Both the position numbers and the translations under genes were made by a program. Positions 28,498 to 38,187 of a DNA stretch of 64,000 bases are shown here, piece after piece. Origin of the DNA: Enterococcus phage AllMyExes. The notes under the pieces were generated by a model. That model did no database searches, was not told where the DNA came from, and saw nothing but the letters and a program-made list of their open reading frames with translations. The stretch lies in the sequence record PV544171.1; one strand, given 5' to 3'. Position 1 is the stretch's first letter, and every line of letters starts with the position of its first letter.

Positions 28498-28803
28498 ATG
28501 AACGACAATAAGGAAAAATGTATTAAACAAGGAATACGAAATACTTATAAAGGGTACGATATTTTATTAGATGAAGAGAATGGATTTTTCTATGTTAGCG
28601 TACTTGACCCAGATGGCAAAGAAATCATTAGTGGGTTTGTAGAGGCGGATAAACCTATTGAAGAATACTATAAAGAGCTCCTAAGTAAATGCGACCAAGA
28701 CATATTATTCAAAGACCTTTTAAGACCCTTAAATGGACGTAGAGACACTGAACGTACAGACATACGTTTTTTTAAAAAGAGATGGTGGGGTATAAGTAAA
28801 TGA
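28498..28803 (+). CDS. Hypothetical small protein
   Basis: A 101-aa ORF with the RBS aaggagg. Confidence 0.55.
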   Translation: MNDNKEKCIKQGIRNTYKGYDILLDEENGFFYVSVLDPDGKEIISGFVEADKPIEEYYKELLSKCDQDILFKDLLRPLNGRRDTERTDIRFFKKRWWGISK

Positions 28804-28828
28804 CAAAGATAAAACTTATTACAAAAAA
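28785..28828 (+). repeat. 44-bp direct repeat, copy 1 (RBS + first 11 codons 'MTKIKLITKKN')
   Basis: The sequence tggggtataaGtaaatgacaaagataaaacttattacaaaaaa is repeated at 29598-29641 with one mismatch. Confidence 0.85.
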
Positions 28829-29588
28829 AAATAAGAGAGGTCAGCACAATATGGGAAAAAAGTTAGAATTAAATAAGATTCACAAAATTTCTTGGGAGAA
28901 GGGGTTTTCAAGCCTAGACGACGGTTCAATAGACCTAATTATAACGTCACCTCCATATAATCTAGGAGGCAGATTTCATACAGGTAACACTGTATATAAA
29001 GCTTACAACACATACAATGATAATATCCCAGAAAAAGAATATCAGCAAAACCAGATAGATTTCTTAAATGCTTGTTACGACAAATTAGAGGAAAATGGGA
29101 GCTTGTTTTACAACCATAAACCTAGAATAAAAAATGGGGTGTGTACTCACCCATTGGAGTGGATACTTCAATCAAAATTTATTTTGAAACAAGAGATTGT
29201 TTGGAGGAATGGAGGTCAGAATTTCGATAAAATAAGATTTTACCCTCTAACCGAGAGAGTATATTGGCTAGTTAAGAATCCAAAAACAAAACTGCATAAT
29301 GCTTTAGGTTTATCTGATATATGGGAGTTTAAGAACAGAAAGAGACATAAAATCCATAAAGCAACATTCCCAATTGAGCTACCCAAATCAATAATTTCAT
29401 GTTTTCCTAACGCTAAAACAATACTAGACCCATATATGGGTGTTGGTACGACTGCAAAAGCTGTAATTGAATTGAATAAGCAAGATGGTGGAAACAGAGA
29501 TTTCTTAGGATTTGAAATTGACGAACTTTATATAAATGATTTTTATAAAGAAATTACAGAAGATAACAAACTTATTGATAATAACTAG
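28800..29588 (+). CDS. DNA methyltransferase, beta-class amino-MTase (N6-adenine or N4-cytosine)
   Basis: Motif IV DLIITSPPYN lies N-terminal to motif I DPYMGVGTTAKA. It is 262 aa. Confidence 0.75.
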   Translation: MTKIKLITKKNKRGQHNMGKKLELNKIHKISWEKGFSSLDDGSIDLIITSPPYNLGGRFHTGNTVYKAYNTYNDNIPEKEYQQNQIDFLNACYDKLEENGSLFYNHKPRIKNGVCTHPLEWILQSKFILKQEIVWRNGGQNFDKIRFYPLTERVYWLVKNPKTKLHNALGLSDIWEFKNRKRHKIHKATFPIELPKSIISCFPNAKTILDPYMGVGTTAKAVIELNKQDGGNRDFLGFEIDELYINDFYKEITEDNKLIDNN

Positions 29589-29597
29589 AGATAAACA

Positions 29598-29641
29598 GTG
29601 GGGTATAATTAAATGACAAAGATAAAACTTATTACAAAAAA
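29598..29641 (+). repeat. 44-bp direct repeat, copy 2
   Basis: This is the same sequence as 28785-28828. It provides the RBS and the first 11 codons of the downstream gene. Confidence 0.85.
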
Positions 29642-30566
29642 GAACACCCAAGGCTATGTCATGAACACGCTGTTACGCAGGTTCTATAAGGACATTGTAG
29701 ATGTAGAATTTCTTAATAAATTCAATCTACCTGATATTCACAACCATATAGGAGAATATGATGCTGTTATTATAGCAGGGTTTCCTTTCTTTGAAAGCCA
29801 ACGAGGTGCATTAGATACAGCATTATCATCTATGGATAACCCATTTAGCAAGGTGTACCATTTAGCAACATTTGGAGACACCTATCGTAATGAGGGTAGT
29901 TTTCGTTCATTTGTAGATGAAGTTGTAAGCCCTGTTGGACACTTTTCAGAGTTGATAATCGACTTAGTTAAGTTCACTAACACAGGTACAAAAGAGGACG
30001 AGGATAAGGTAATAGCGCTTGCTAAAACTATGCTAGACTTTTCTAAAGATATTATAGAAGAGACAGACAACTACAATCGTTATGAAGTAACAGACAGAAC
30101 TATCTCTTGGGTTCTTCTTGTAGATTTGCTTGGAGAAAATCTTTATAAGGTAGCAGAACCTTGTAAAGAGCTAGGCACTATCTTGAAAGAACAAGAAGTA
30201 CTTGTAGATGCCTTGAACATAAATATGCAGGACTATGTGCTAAGAACAATAGGGAAGATGTCTGCAAACGTCATTAATGGAACAGTGGTTTGTTTTGGTT
30301 ATGCAGAACAGCATGTTAACGAAGTAGCCCATAAATTAATTAATTTTTATAAGTCACATAACTATCAAAAAGTTATTGTCTTTATTGGTAGACACACAAA
30401 AGGTGACGACATGTTTAGTGTAAGGAGCTATGGTGTGAATGCCGGAGAGGTTGTCTATAAAGTTCATAATGGTAAAGGGAAAGATACAACGGCAACCGTC
30501 TTCTTAGGTAAACCTAGTGAAGCTGTAAATAACACACTGTTAAGTGTGCTTTCTGAAATCTTATAG
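29613..30566 (+). CDS. Hypothetical protein (N-terminus duplicated from the MTase gene start)
   Basis: It is 317 aa. It shares MTKIKLITKKN with the upstream gene at the DNA level. Confidence 0.5.
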   Translation: MTKIKLITKKNTQGYVMNTLLRRFYKDIVDVEFLNKFNLPDIHNHIGEYDAVIIAGFPFFESQRGALDTALSSMDNPFSKVYHLATFGDTYRNEGSFRSFVDEVVSPVGHFSELIIDLVKFTNTGTKEDEDKVIALAKTMLDFSKDIIEETDNYNRYEVTDRTISWVLLVDLLGENLYKVAEPCKELGTILKEQEVLVDALNINMQDYVLRTIGKMSANVINGTVVCFGYAEQHVNEVAHKLINFYKSHNYQKVIVFIGRHTKGDDMFSVRSYGVNAGEVVYKVHNGKGKDTTATVFLGKPSEAVNNTLLSVLSEIL

Positions 30567-30619
30567 TTTAACTTTGTGGTATAATAAAGATAGATAAATT
30601 TTGATAGGAGTGTAAATTT

Positions 30620-31903
30620 TTGAAAAACAACGAACCTTTAGAGAAGTTATTAGACAAATTAGATGAACCAAGAATTTTACAAACAATTATTATAGGTAGT
30701 TTACAACGGAGCTTTAATCGAGTACACGTTGGTAAATTTAATAAACTAGCACAGGAGTTTGACTTAGATAAGGAGAACCTGTATAGCTTAAAGGCACTAG
30801 TTAAGGAAATTGAAGAAGATAAAGAGTTACACGAACTTTACGAAGCTAGCATGGCAGGCAAAATTACGCTAGAGGCTGTTCGTAAAGTATTGTTACAAGA
30901 TGATAAATCATCGTTTGATGTACTGTCTTCTTACGTAGTAGAGAATCAAGCAGTGCTAGCCCGTAACCGAGAGTTCGGTAAGTTACAACGTGAGGGAGCT
31001 TATCTTGACCATTTAATTAGTGGTTTGAAAACATACTTATTAGCTGAACTAAAAGACATGTCTAGTTTAAAATATATCAATAAAAATTTAAAGGCACCGA
31101 AAGTATCCTCAGACCGAGAACTTATTCTGTGCCTATCCGACTGGCATATTGGTGCTTTTGTTAATAACATTGACACAGGTGGATACAACTTTGAAATCTT
31201 TAAAGAACGACTTGAAAAGTTATTAGAAGAAGTATTCCAAGTGGCTATGGAACAGGATATTAAGAAAATTCATGTTTACCATATTGGGGATATTATTGAA
31301 CACATTAATATGCGTAATGTTAACCAAGCATTTGAAGCGGAGTTTCCTGCTACGGAACAGATTGCTAAAGGAATTAGAGTTCTTGCTGATACACTTAATT
31401 TACTAGCTAAGGCAGAATTTGAAGTGTCTTTCGGTATGGTTGGTGGTAACCACGACCGTTTCCAAGGTAACAAAAATGATAAAATTCATAATGATAATGT
31501 GGCTTATCTTGTAGTAGACCAACTTCATTTCTTACAAGAATTAGGGGCGTTAAACAAAGATATTAAACTTGTAGACAACAGAAGTGATGTTTATAGTTTT
31601 AAAGATACAGTTGCAGGGAAACGTATTAAAGTAACGCATGGTGACACTGAGGGCAAAAAAGTAGATGTTAAAATCCCTAAACATATCAAAGATGAAGTTA
31701 TTGACTACCTAATCATGGGACACATTCATACAACACGTATTATTCAAGAAGACTTTTCAAGATTCCATGTGTATGTTGGCTCTCCTATGGGGGCAAATAA
31801 CTACTCAGCAGAGAATAACTTGCCAACAACAAGCCCTGCACAGCTAATTATGGTATTAGACCCTGAGCGTGATACACCACAATTCATGCCAGTATTCTTA
31901 TAG
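30620..31903 (+). CDS. Calcineurin-like metallophosphoesterase (second Mre11-like / phosphodiesterase)
   Basis: It has a TTG start. Motifs DWH, GDIIEH, GGNHD and GHIHT are present. The N-terminal 150 aa are helical. Confidence 0.55.
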   Translation: MKNNEPLEKLLDKLDEPRILQTIIIGSLQRSFNRVHVGKFNKLAQEFDLDKENLYSLKALVKEIEEDKELHELYEASMAGKITLEAVRKVLLQDDKSSFDVLSSYVVENQAVLARNREFGKLQREGAYLDHLISGLKTYLLAELKDMSSLKYINKNLKAPKVSSDRELILCLSDWHIGAFVNNIDTGGYNFEIFKERLEKLLEEVFQVAMEQDIKKIHVYHIGDIIEHINMRNVNQAFEAEFPATEQIAKGIRVLADTLNLLAKAEFEVSFGMVGGNHDRFQGNKNDKIHNDNVAYLVVDQLHFLQELGALNKDIKLVDNRSDVYSFKDTVAGKRIKVTHGDTEGKKVDVKIPKHIKDEVIDYLIMGHIHTTRIIQEDFSRFHVYVGSPMGANNYSAENNLPTTSPAQLIMVLDPERDTPQFMPVFL

Positions 31904-31914
31904 GAGGTACCTGT

Positions 31915-32289
31915 ATGGAAGGTAATTTAGTTTATATTTTATTGGCTATTGCATATGTAGGTGAAGGTATAACTGCCTTTACTAATACTAAGCGTAAAGA
32001 AAGATACATGATTGAAGAAGGAGAGGCTCCTTTGCCACGTAGCTCTTATGTATTTTTAGGTATTAACTACCTTTTAAGAATAGCTATAGCAATTTCTCTT
32101 ATCTTCATCATACCAACTAGCTTGCAACTTAACGTAACAGGTATTGCTTTGTTCACACTAATGGTATTTGTAGTTCCTTTTATAGCAAGAATTATCGAAG
32201 TTGTTATTAGAACTGCAATTGTTCGTTATGTTCAAAAACAATATATTAAGCAGTTAGAAGAACGAAAAGGTAAAAGAGAGACTAACTAG
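31915..32289 (+). CDS. Membrane protein (3 predicted TM helices)
   Basis: The hydrophobic segments are LVYILLAIAYVG, IAISLIFIIPT and IALFTLMVFVVPFIA. Confidence 0.5.
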   Translation: MEGNLVYILLAIAYVGEGITAFTNTKRKERYMIEEGEAPLPRSSYVFLGINYLLRIAIAISLIFIIPTSLQLNVTGIALFTLMVFVVPFIARIIEVVIRTAIVRYVQKQYIKQLEERKGKRETN

Positions 32290-32299
32290 TCTCTTTTTT
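32276..32299 (+). terminator. Rho-independent terminator
   Basis: The hairpin gagagact-aact-agtctct is followed by tttttt. Confidence 0.65.
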
Positions 32300-32327
32300 G
32301 CTATATTGAATAATGAGGTGACTAAGT

Positions 32328-32948
32328 ATGAATTTTACAGAAGTAATAAGCCCTAATGGGGAGACATCATTAATAGATGTAAACAACCCACCAACATTAA
32401 TCAGACGTGGGGTCTTATCTATTAAAACAAAGGTTAATAATGAAGTGAAGGAAACCCCTGTCTATATTGTTGAACTAGCTGAGGAGCTAACGGGTACTGA
32501 TGTAGTATCTGTCTATAAAGTAAAAGAGATTGGAGATTCTATCCAAAAAGACTACATTGAAGAAAAAGTGACCCCTAGGTTCAAAAGCACAACATATCTG
32601 GGTGAACTAGCGCAAAAGATTAAAGGACGGTCGATAAAGGAACAACGAAGAGTTGAAACAAAACCACCGTTATTCCTAGCCCCAGTAGTTAATGGAATTG
32701 ATACATTCACAGGAATCGAAGGTAAGGGTTTCTACGAACGTGAAGAGGACAGACATATTCTACTACCTGATGGAAAACCGGGCATAGCCTATGGAGATAA
32801 TACAGGGGTTTTTATCGGTTTGAGCTCGATTAAGTGGGACAAGGCATATGTAGACGTGGAGTCTATAACAAAGGGTTACTTGTCGCAGAAACAGATATGG
32901 TTTAACCTAGATGGTCAAAGACCACAATTTAGAAGTGAGACACTATAA
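32328..32948 (+). CDS. Hypothetical protein
   Basis: A 206-aa ORF with the RBS tgaggtg. Confidence 0.5.
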   Translation: MNFTEVISPNGETSLIDVNNPPTLIRRGVLSIKTKVNNEVKETPVYIVELAEELTGTDVVSVYKVKEIGDSIQKDYIEEKVTPRFKSTTYLGELAQKIKGRSIKEQRRVETKPPLFLAPVVNGIDTFTGIEGKGFYEREEDRHILLPDGKPGIAYGDNTGVFIGLSSIKWDKAYVDVESITKGYLSQKQIWFNLDGQRPQFRSETL

Positions 32949-33688
32949 TGACAGATAAACAATTTTATGAGGCAGATATTCAAGAATTAATTTTAAATAA
33001 GCAAAGAATATTCGGAGACATAGGAAAGAGTGCTATCGTTTTTGAGAAAGCAATCATGCAAGGTAATACAATATGCGATTGCCTAGTCTTCACAGAAAAA
33101 CGAGGGCTCATTGGCATAGAGATAAAAACTGAGCGTGACTCGACAAAAAGATTAAATAAACAACTATCTGATTATGAAAAGGTGTGTGACTATGTATATG
33201 TATTATGCCACGACAACCATGTACCTAAAGTAGAACAAATACTTACTAGACATAATCATAAGCACGTAGGTATTCTAGCTTACACAGAGTTCATGGGAGA
33301 GGCAATGTTAGGTGAGTATAAACAACCTAGCCGTTCCCCTAAAAAATCAGCTTATCATATGTTAAATATCTTGTGGAAAGAAGATTTAATAAGAATGCTT
33401 GGTACATTCAGACGGTATGGTGATAGGCTAGAAGCTAATGGAGCTAAGGTTATGAAAACAAACAGCCGTTCTGGTGGGGTATCTGGGCTTTATGTTAAAT
33501 CTACGACTGCTAGAAGAATGACTAAACCTGAACTCATTAATAATTTAATAAATAGAGTAGGCGGTACCGAAGAGGCTACGAGAGTGTTCTGTGATGTGTT
33601 TATCCATAATAGGAATCACCCAGAGAAAGCAATTAAGTTAAGACATTTTAAAGCAAAAGAGAATAGGGGTGACCTAGATGGGGTTTAA
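32948..33688 (+). CDS. Hypothetical protein with PD-(D/E)xK-like motif
   Basis: The segment ICDCLVFTEKRGLIGIEIKTERD carries a D...E.K arrangement typical of the restriction-endonuclease fold. The call is tentative. Confidence 0.35.
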   Translation: MTDKQFYEADIQELILNKQRIFGDIGKSAIVFEKAIMQGNTICDCLVFTEKRGLIGIEIKTERDSTKRLNKQLSDYEKVCDYVYVLCHDNHVPKVEQILTRHNHKHVGILAYTEFMGEAMLGEYKQPSRSPKKSAYHMLNILWKEDLIRMLGTFRRYGDRLEANGAKVMKTNSRSGGVSGLYVKSTTARRMTKPELINNLINRVGGTEEATRVFCDVFIHNRNHPEKAIKLRHFKAKENRGDLDGV

Positions 33689-34184
33689 AGGTGCAAAATA
33701 TGGTTCTTGGAATACTGTAGTTGGTAAGAACTATGTAGGTACTGGGGGCAGAACAAGTGGTAGTAACACAAAACGGCTGTCCACAAAAGGCTACTACCAA
33801 GTAGGATTTGTTAAAGAATATCAGAACTTGACAGAAAAAGATATTATGTTAAAATTAGAGTATGGAAAAGACTTAGTGTCTAGTTACACTGGTGTACCTG
33901 CAGATATGATTAAGCTACGTAAGAAGAAAGAGGAGCAAACCCTAGCATCTTTAGACACAGTTTATTATGTTAGCATTGGTAAGGAACCTGTAGGTAAGCT
34001 GTCTATACGAGCTCAGAGACGTTTTAGAGAGGTAGGGTTAACATTTATATACCTAGAGAAGAACTACGTACAGAGGAAGCTTAGAGGCGGTAATGTACGT
34101 AGTGTAGGGTATACTAACGCAACCAAATCTCAGAAACGTAAAGCAGATAGACGGAAGAGCAATAAGTCTAAAACAACTAGATAG
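33678..34184 (+). CDS. Hypothetical basic protein
   Basis: It is 168 aa with a very basic C-terminus (KSQKRKADRRKSNKSKTTR). It overlaps the upstream gene by 11 nt. Confidence 0.45.
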   Translation: MGFKGAKYGSWNTVVGKNYVGTGGRTSGSNTKRLSTKGYYQVGFVKEYQNLTEKDIMLKLEYGKDLVSSYTGVPADMIKLRKKKEEQTLASLDTVYYVSIGKEPVGKLSIRAQRRFREVGLTFIYLEKNYVQRKLRGGNVRSVGYTNATKSQKRKADRRKSNKSKTTR

Positions 34185-34197
34185 ATGGAGGACTACT

Positions 34198-34548
34198 ATG
34201 AGTATTTATGATGAGCTAATTGGTAAAAGTGTTATAGCCCTAGAATATGCGGAGGATGGATGTGAGGCAAGCCTTGTACTAAATGATGGGTCATGCTTAA
34301 AAGTATCTTGTAACCCAGAGCCAGACTGTTGTGGTTATAACGATTTTGAAGTTATTCTTCCAGATGGTTTTGATTTCACAGATAACATTATTACAAAAGT
34401 TGAAGATAATAGTGAAGAATGTTACGGTGGTTCAACAGTTAGGATAGGTATTTTTACCAATGATGCACGGATAGCTATTGAAGGGGACTACGGAAGTGGT
34501 TCTGGGTGGAACTATGGAGAGTATGTAGACGTAGAAATTGTAAAATAA
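34198..34548 (+). CDS. Hypothetical small Cys-containing protein
   Basis: A 116-aa ORF with a CNPEPDCCGY segment. Confidence 0.45.
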   Translation: MSIYDELIGKSVIALEYAEDGCEASLVLNDGSCLKVSCNPEPDCCGYNDFEVILPDGFDFTDNIITKVEDNSEECYGGSTVRIGIFTNDARIAIEGDYGSGSGWNYGEYVDVEIVK

Positions 34549-34572
34549 TTTACTATTAGATGGAGGTAAGCT

Positions 34573-35430
34573 ATGCTTAAAAAAGGGAAAGAAGTAACAC
34601 TAAGAAAATTTTATAATATTATCACAGATAAGGAATCAGTATTACTAGGGGCACGCTACACAAGCTCAATAATGACTACAGATATTCCTATTACAACAAC
34701 TTTTGAAGATGTTGAGGTAGACCTTAAGAAAGAAACAGTTGCAGGAACTATTTCATTCAGACCAGTAGGAGAAAGACAGATTAATGCATTAAGTTTACTA
34801 AAAGAAGCAAGCACAGCTTATGGAGGTTATGGAGAGTTCCTAGATGATACTATTGAGAAACCTTTAATCAATAGTGATTTTGCAGTAGATGTTAGCCTAG
34901 CAGACTCTGCTTTCTCTAACCTACAAGAGATTCCATTTAACCTATATATGTCCTCTCCAAAAGTTTTTTATACAGAAGTATCAATTAGAGGGCGTAAACA
35001 TATGCAATATGTATTAGAGGATGAGTCTTCTAGCGGTGTAACAAGTACGTTAGCACTGGTATTCCGTAAAAAATTGTATGATGGGGAAACATTGCTAGGT
35101 GTGCATACTTACACCGAAGCACTAGCAAGAGTAGAGGGAATTAAAGTATTACAGTTTATCGCAAACGGTTCTGTACTAGAACAAGTAGTCGGTGCAGTGT
35201 CTGTTTTAGGGGGTAGCACAGGAACAACCCTGTTCCCTATGTTTGACGATATGGTGATGCAATTTGTGATGATTGAGTCTGTTCCTTGGGTGCACATTTC
35301 TTGTGATACAGGAGCAATTGCTTTTAAGGAGGAAGACATCCGCAATGTAACCATTAAGTCAGCTAGACCGGGAGAATATAAGGTGACTATCTACTTGCTA
35401 GACGAAAAAGTTACATTATTAATTGGATAA
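34573..35430 (+). CDS. Hypothetical protein
   Basis: A 285-aa ORF with the RBS atggaggt. Confidence 0.5.
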   Translation: MLKKGKEVTLRKFYNIITDKESVLLGARYTSSIMTTDIPITTTFEDVEVDLKKETVAGTISFRPVGERQINALSLLKEASTAYGGYGEFLDDTIEKPLINSDFAVDVSLADSAFSNLQEIPFNLYMSSPKVFYTEVSIRGRKHMQYVLEDESSSGVTSTLALVFRKKLYDGETLLGVHTYTEALARVEGIKVLQFIANGSVLEQVVGAVSVLGGSTGTTLFPMFDDMVMQFVMIESVPWVHISCDTGAIAFKEEDIRNVTIKSARPGEYKVTIYLLDEKVTLLIG

Positions 35431-35438
35431 AATTTTAA

Positions 35439-35475
35439 AGGAAGTTGACAATATATGTTGACTTCCTTTTTTGTA
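35439..35475 (+). terminator. Rho-independent terminator
   Basis: The hairpin ggaagttgaca-atatat-gttgacttcc, which includes G-U pairs, is followed by tttttt. Confidence 0.6.
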
Positions 35476-35533
35476 TATGCTAAGATAACTACAGTTGGAT
35501 AAAAAATAAATGGTATAGAGGGAGAGATTTAAC

Positions 35534-36379
35534 ATGGACTACAAAACAAAGGTATATGTAGGAGCGCTTAGTTGGTTAGGTACTTTAGGAGAGAAACGAT
35601 ATTTAGGGCAAATGCGTGATGTATTAGCTGTGTACGAGCTAGGTAGTCGATACGCAGGTTACTATACAGAAGATAGTGATTATGACTATATGGTTGTATA
35701 CATGCCGTCCCCTTATGATTTAATGCATCCTACAACAATCTATAAACAGGAAACAGAGATTGATGGAAATAAGGTAGAGGTAAAATATATGTCTATCGTG
35801 GAATATGTTTACCGTATTGAAAATGGAGATTTAGAGGCTTTACAAATGCTAAATGCCACAAGCTCCCAAAGTTTCTTCGGAGAGTCTATTGAAGGTATTG
35901 ACAATAAGCGTACTCGTTTAGTTACGTATATGAAAGAGCTAGAATACAGAAGAGAAACATTTACTTATTTAGCACCAGAGAAATTGTTTAGAGGAATTAA
36001 TGGTCGTATTAAAGCCACAAAAGCACGTATGGATAAGGCTATTGAGAATGACGATATGGAAGTAGCGGTAAAATGTGCTATCCTTATTCGTTATTTTATG
36101 GACTTACTAGTTGTGCTAGCGGACGGGGAATCTATTCGTGAAGGTCTTACGTTCTCTCCTATTATTGCAAATATCATTAGAGAGTTTAGGGAAGACTGTG
36201 AGTCAGCACAGGCTAAGACACTTATCAGTACTGCACAAGTGCTATTAGAGGCGGATAGAGAAGAGATTTTAAATAGTATTAAAGACCATGGGTTATCAGA
36301 TGGTTACGCTCAATCAGTTAGACAATATAGTTTAACAGGTCGATTGATAGATGTACTATTAGGAGGATATTATGATTAA
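35534..36379 (+). CDS. Nucleotidyltransferase-fold protein (Pol-beta/minimal NTase superfamily motif)
   Basis: The segment ELGSRYAGYYTEDSDYDYMVV fits the h-G-[GS]-x(9-13)-D-h-[DE]-h NTase signature (GS-x10-DSDYD). It is 281 aa and overlaps the downstream gene by 8 nt. Confidence 0.4.
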   Translation: MDYKTKVYVGALSWLGTLGEKRYLGQMRDVLAVYELGSRYAGYYTEDSDYDYMVVYMPSPYDLMHPTTIYKQETEIDGNKVEVKYMSIVEYVYRIENGDLEALQMLNATSSQSFFGESIEGIDNKRTRLVTYMKELEYRRETFTYLAPEKLFRGINGRIKATKARMDKAIENDDMEVAVKCAILIRYFMDLLVVLADGESIREGLTFSPIIANIIREFREDCESAQAKTLISTAQVLLEADREEILNSIKDHGLSDGYAQSVRQYSLTGRLIDVLLGGYYD

Positions 36380-38009
36380 GTTAGAACAAAATAAAGAAAT
36401 CTTAGATATATTTAATAGAAAAGGAAAAGTAACAGATAAAGTAGAAGAATCTGCCAAAATTATGCTAGAATTAGACCACGATTATGACTTTGGTACAGGA
36501 GACATTGCTTATACAGAGCGTGGCACAGATAAGAAAGGACGTTTCTACCTAGAAAGTCACTTGTTTATCCATAAGATTATGCCTTATGGGTTCATCTTAA
36601 ATGCGGTAGTAAGTAAAGTACACTATGGAGACCAAGAGGAGACCTTAGAACGAGAGGTATCTCGTGTATATGAGCTAGAATATAACCTACGAGATAAGGT
36701 AGCTGTGCTGATTAAGAATGGTAAACCACTAAACTTCTCAGAAAATAACATTAGTAACATGTTTTCTGGGCACGTAGCAAAGAATATTCTTGAACAATTA
36801 GATACAATGTCTGGTTCAGATATGTATGTGTCCGTGTATGAACGAGTTAGTCGGGTGAAAGACGAACAAATCGGTAAAGTATCTCGTTTCTTTGACCGAT
36901 TGATGAAGTATAACAAGATTGAATTAATTTACAAGAGCGGTGTTCCTAAAGACTTTGCTTTGGCTTACGCTTATCGAGTAGTTGTTGTAGGTGAAGGGAA
37001 AAGTAGAAATAAATGGTATGAACCTATAAAGAATGTGAACTATTTAGACAAGGAACAAACAAATCCGACTAAGCACTTAGGTATCCCAAAGTCTATCTTC
37101 AAGATTATTTGTGAAGGCGGACTAGAGTGGACATTCTACCAAAAAATGGCTAGTCGTTTCCATAAGTCAGTGGATAACAGAAGTATTGTAAAAACCCCTG
37201 AATCTCCTACTGCTATGAAGAAGGCAGAGAAAGAGGTTGCTAAGCTACGACAAGCCTATGCTCGTTTTGGTGGGGTATTGTACAACCTTTATCAGTTTAC
37301 TAAAGAACTAGACGAACAATATGGTATCTCTCGTAGTAAAGATATTATCCAAATAGAGTGGGAACCTATATACGACCATATTATTGCAGGAGTAGTTAAC
37401 GATGAATATAACAGTACAACTACTTATGATATTTCTATGGTTGCAAACCTAGACTTCTATAGAACTGTTCGTTATCTCTACTATCAAGTATACGTTGAGC
37501 AAGGACTTACTTCACAAGCAGAGGCTAGGTACACATACAGAGACTACTTGAGAGCACACCATTATATGAATGCGGTACCTGTTAAGTACCCTAAAGCTCT
37601 TAAGACTGCTCATGACATTATTAATATGAATTACCGAACAATGAAAGATGAGGTATTGAATAATAACTTTGCAAGTAGCGTAGCTAAATATAAAGATTTA
37701 GAAGAAGTATCAGTTAGAGGTAACTATATTGTTAAAGTTCCTGATAGTGTGGAAGACTTAACTAAAGAAGGTTCTAGTTTACACCACTGTGTTGCTACTT
37801 ATGCTCGTCAAGTGGCAGAAGGTTCTACTCGTATTTTGTTTATGAGAGACAAGCAAGAGCCAGACACTAGTCTAGTTACTTTTGAGGTAAAAAATAATAA
37901 ACTAGTACAAGCAAGGGGACTAGCTAACCGTGAATTGACAAATAAGGAGCAAGAGTTCTTAGACAAATGGCTAGTCAAAGCAGAAATTGGTAAGTACTCA
38001 TTTGTTTAA
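36372..38009 (+). CDS. Hypothetical protein (545 aa) co-transcribed with NTase-fold protein
   Basis: It is translationally coupled to the upstream gene. A conserved-looking C-terminal segment reads GSSLHHCVATYARQVAEGSTRILFMRD. The function is unknown. Confidence 0.5.
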   Translation: MIKLEQNKEILDIFNRKGKVTDKVEESAKIMLELDHDYDFGTGDIAYTERGTDKKGRFYLESHLFIHKIMPYGFILNAVVSKVHYGDQEETLEREVSRVYELEYNLRDKVAVLIKNGKPLNFSENNISNMFSGHVAKNILEQLDTMSGSDMYVSVYERVSRVKDEQIGKVSRFFDRLMKYNKIELIYKSGVPKDFALAYAYRVVVVGEGKSRNKWYEPIKNVNYLDKEQTNPTKHLGIPKSIFKIICEGGLEWTFYQKMASRFHKSVDNRSIVKTPESPTAMKKAEKEVAKLRQAYARFGGVLYNLYQFTKELDEQYGISRSKDIIQIEWEPIYDHIIAGVVNDEYNSTTTYDISMVANLDFYRTVRYLYYQVYVEQGLTSQAEARYTYRDYLRAHHYMNAVPVKYPKALKTAHDIINMNYRTMKDEVLNNNFASSVAKYKDLEEVSVRGNYIVKVPDSVEDLTKEGSSLHHCVATYARQVAEGSTRILFMRDKQEPDTSLVTFEVKNNKLVQARGLANRELTNKEQEFLDKWLVKAEIGKYSFV

Positions 38010-38156
38010 AAAGGTGAAATATGAGGTGTGTATAGACCAATTCACAATGAAAAAAGTACACTAAACAGTTGTTATTTCATTATTAGGTAAAACAACTTAT
38101 TTTAGATAGCTGATATTGACCGACAAATATTTCATAATGATTTAGCTGTTAAAGTT

Positions 38157-38187
38157 ACAAAAACCCTACTAATATGTGGGGTTTTTG
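38157..38187 (+). terminator. Rho-independent terminator
   Basis: The hairpin aaaaccc-tactaatatgt-ggggtttt is followed by tg. Confidence 0.55.
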
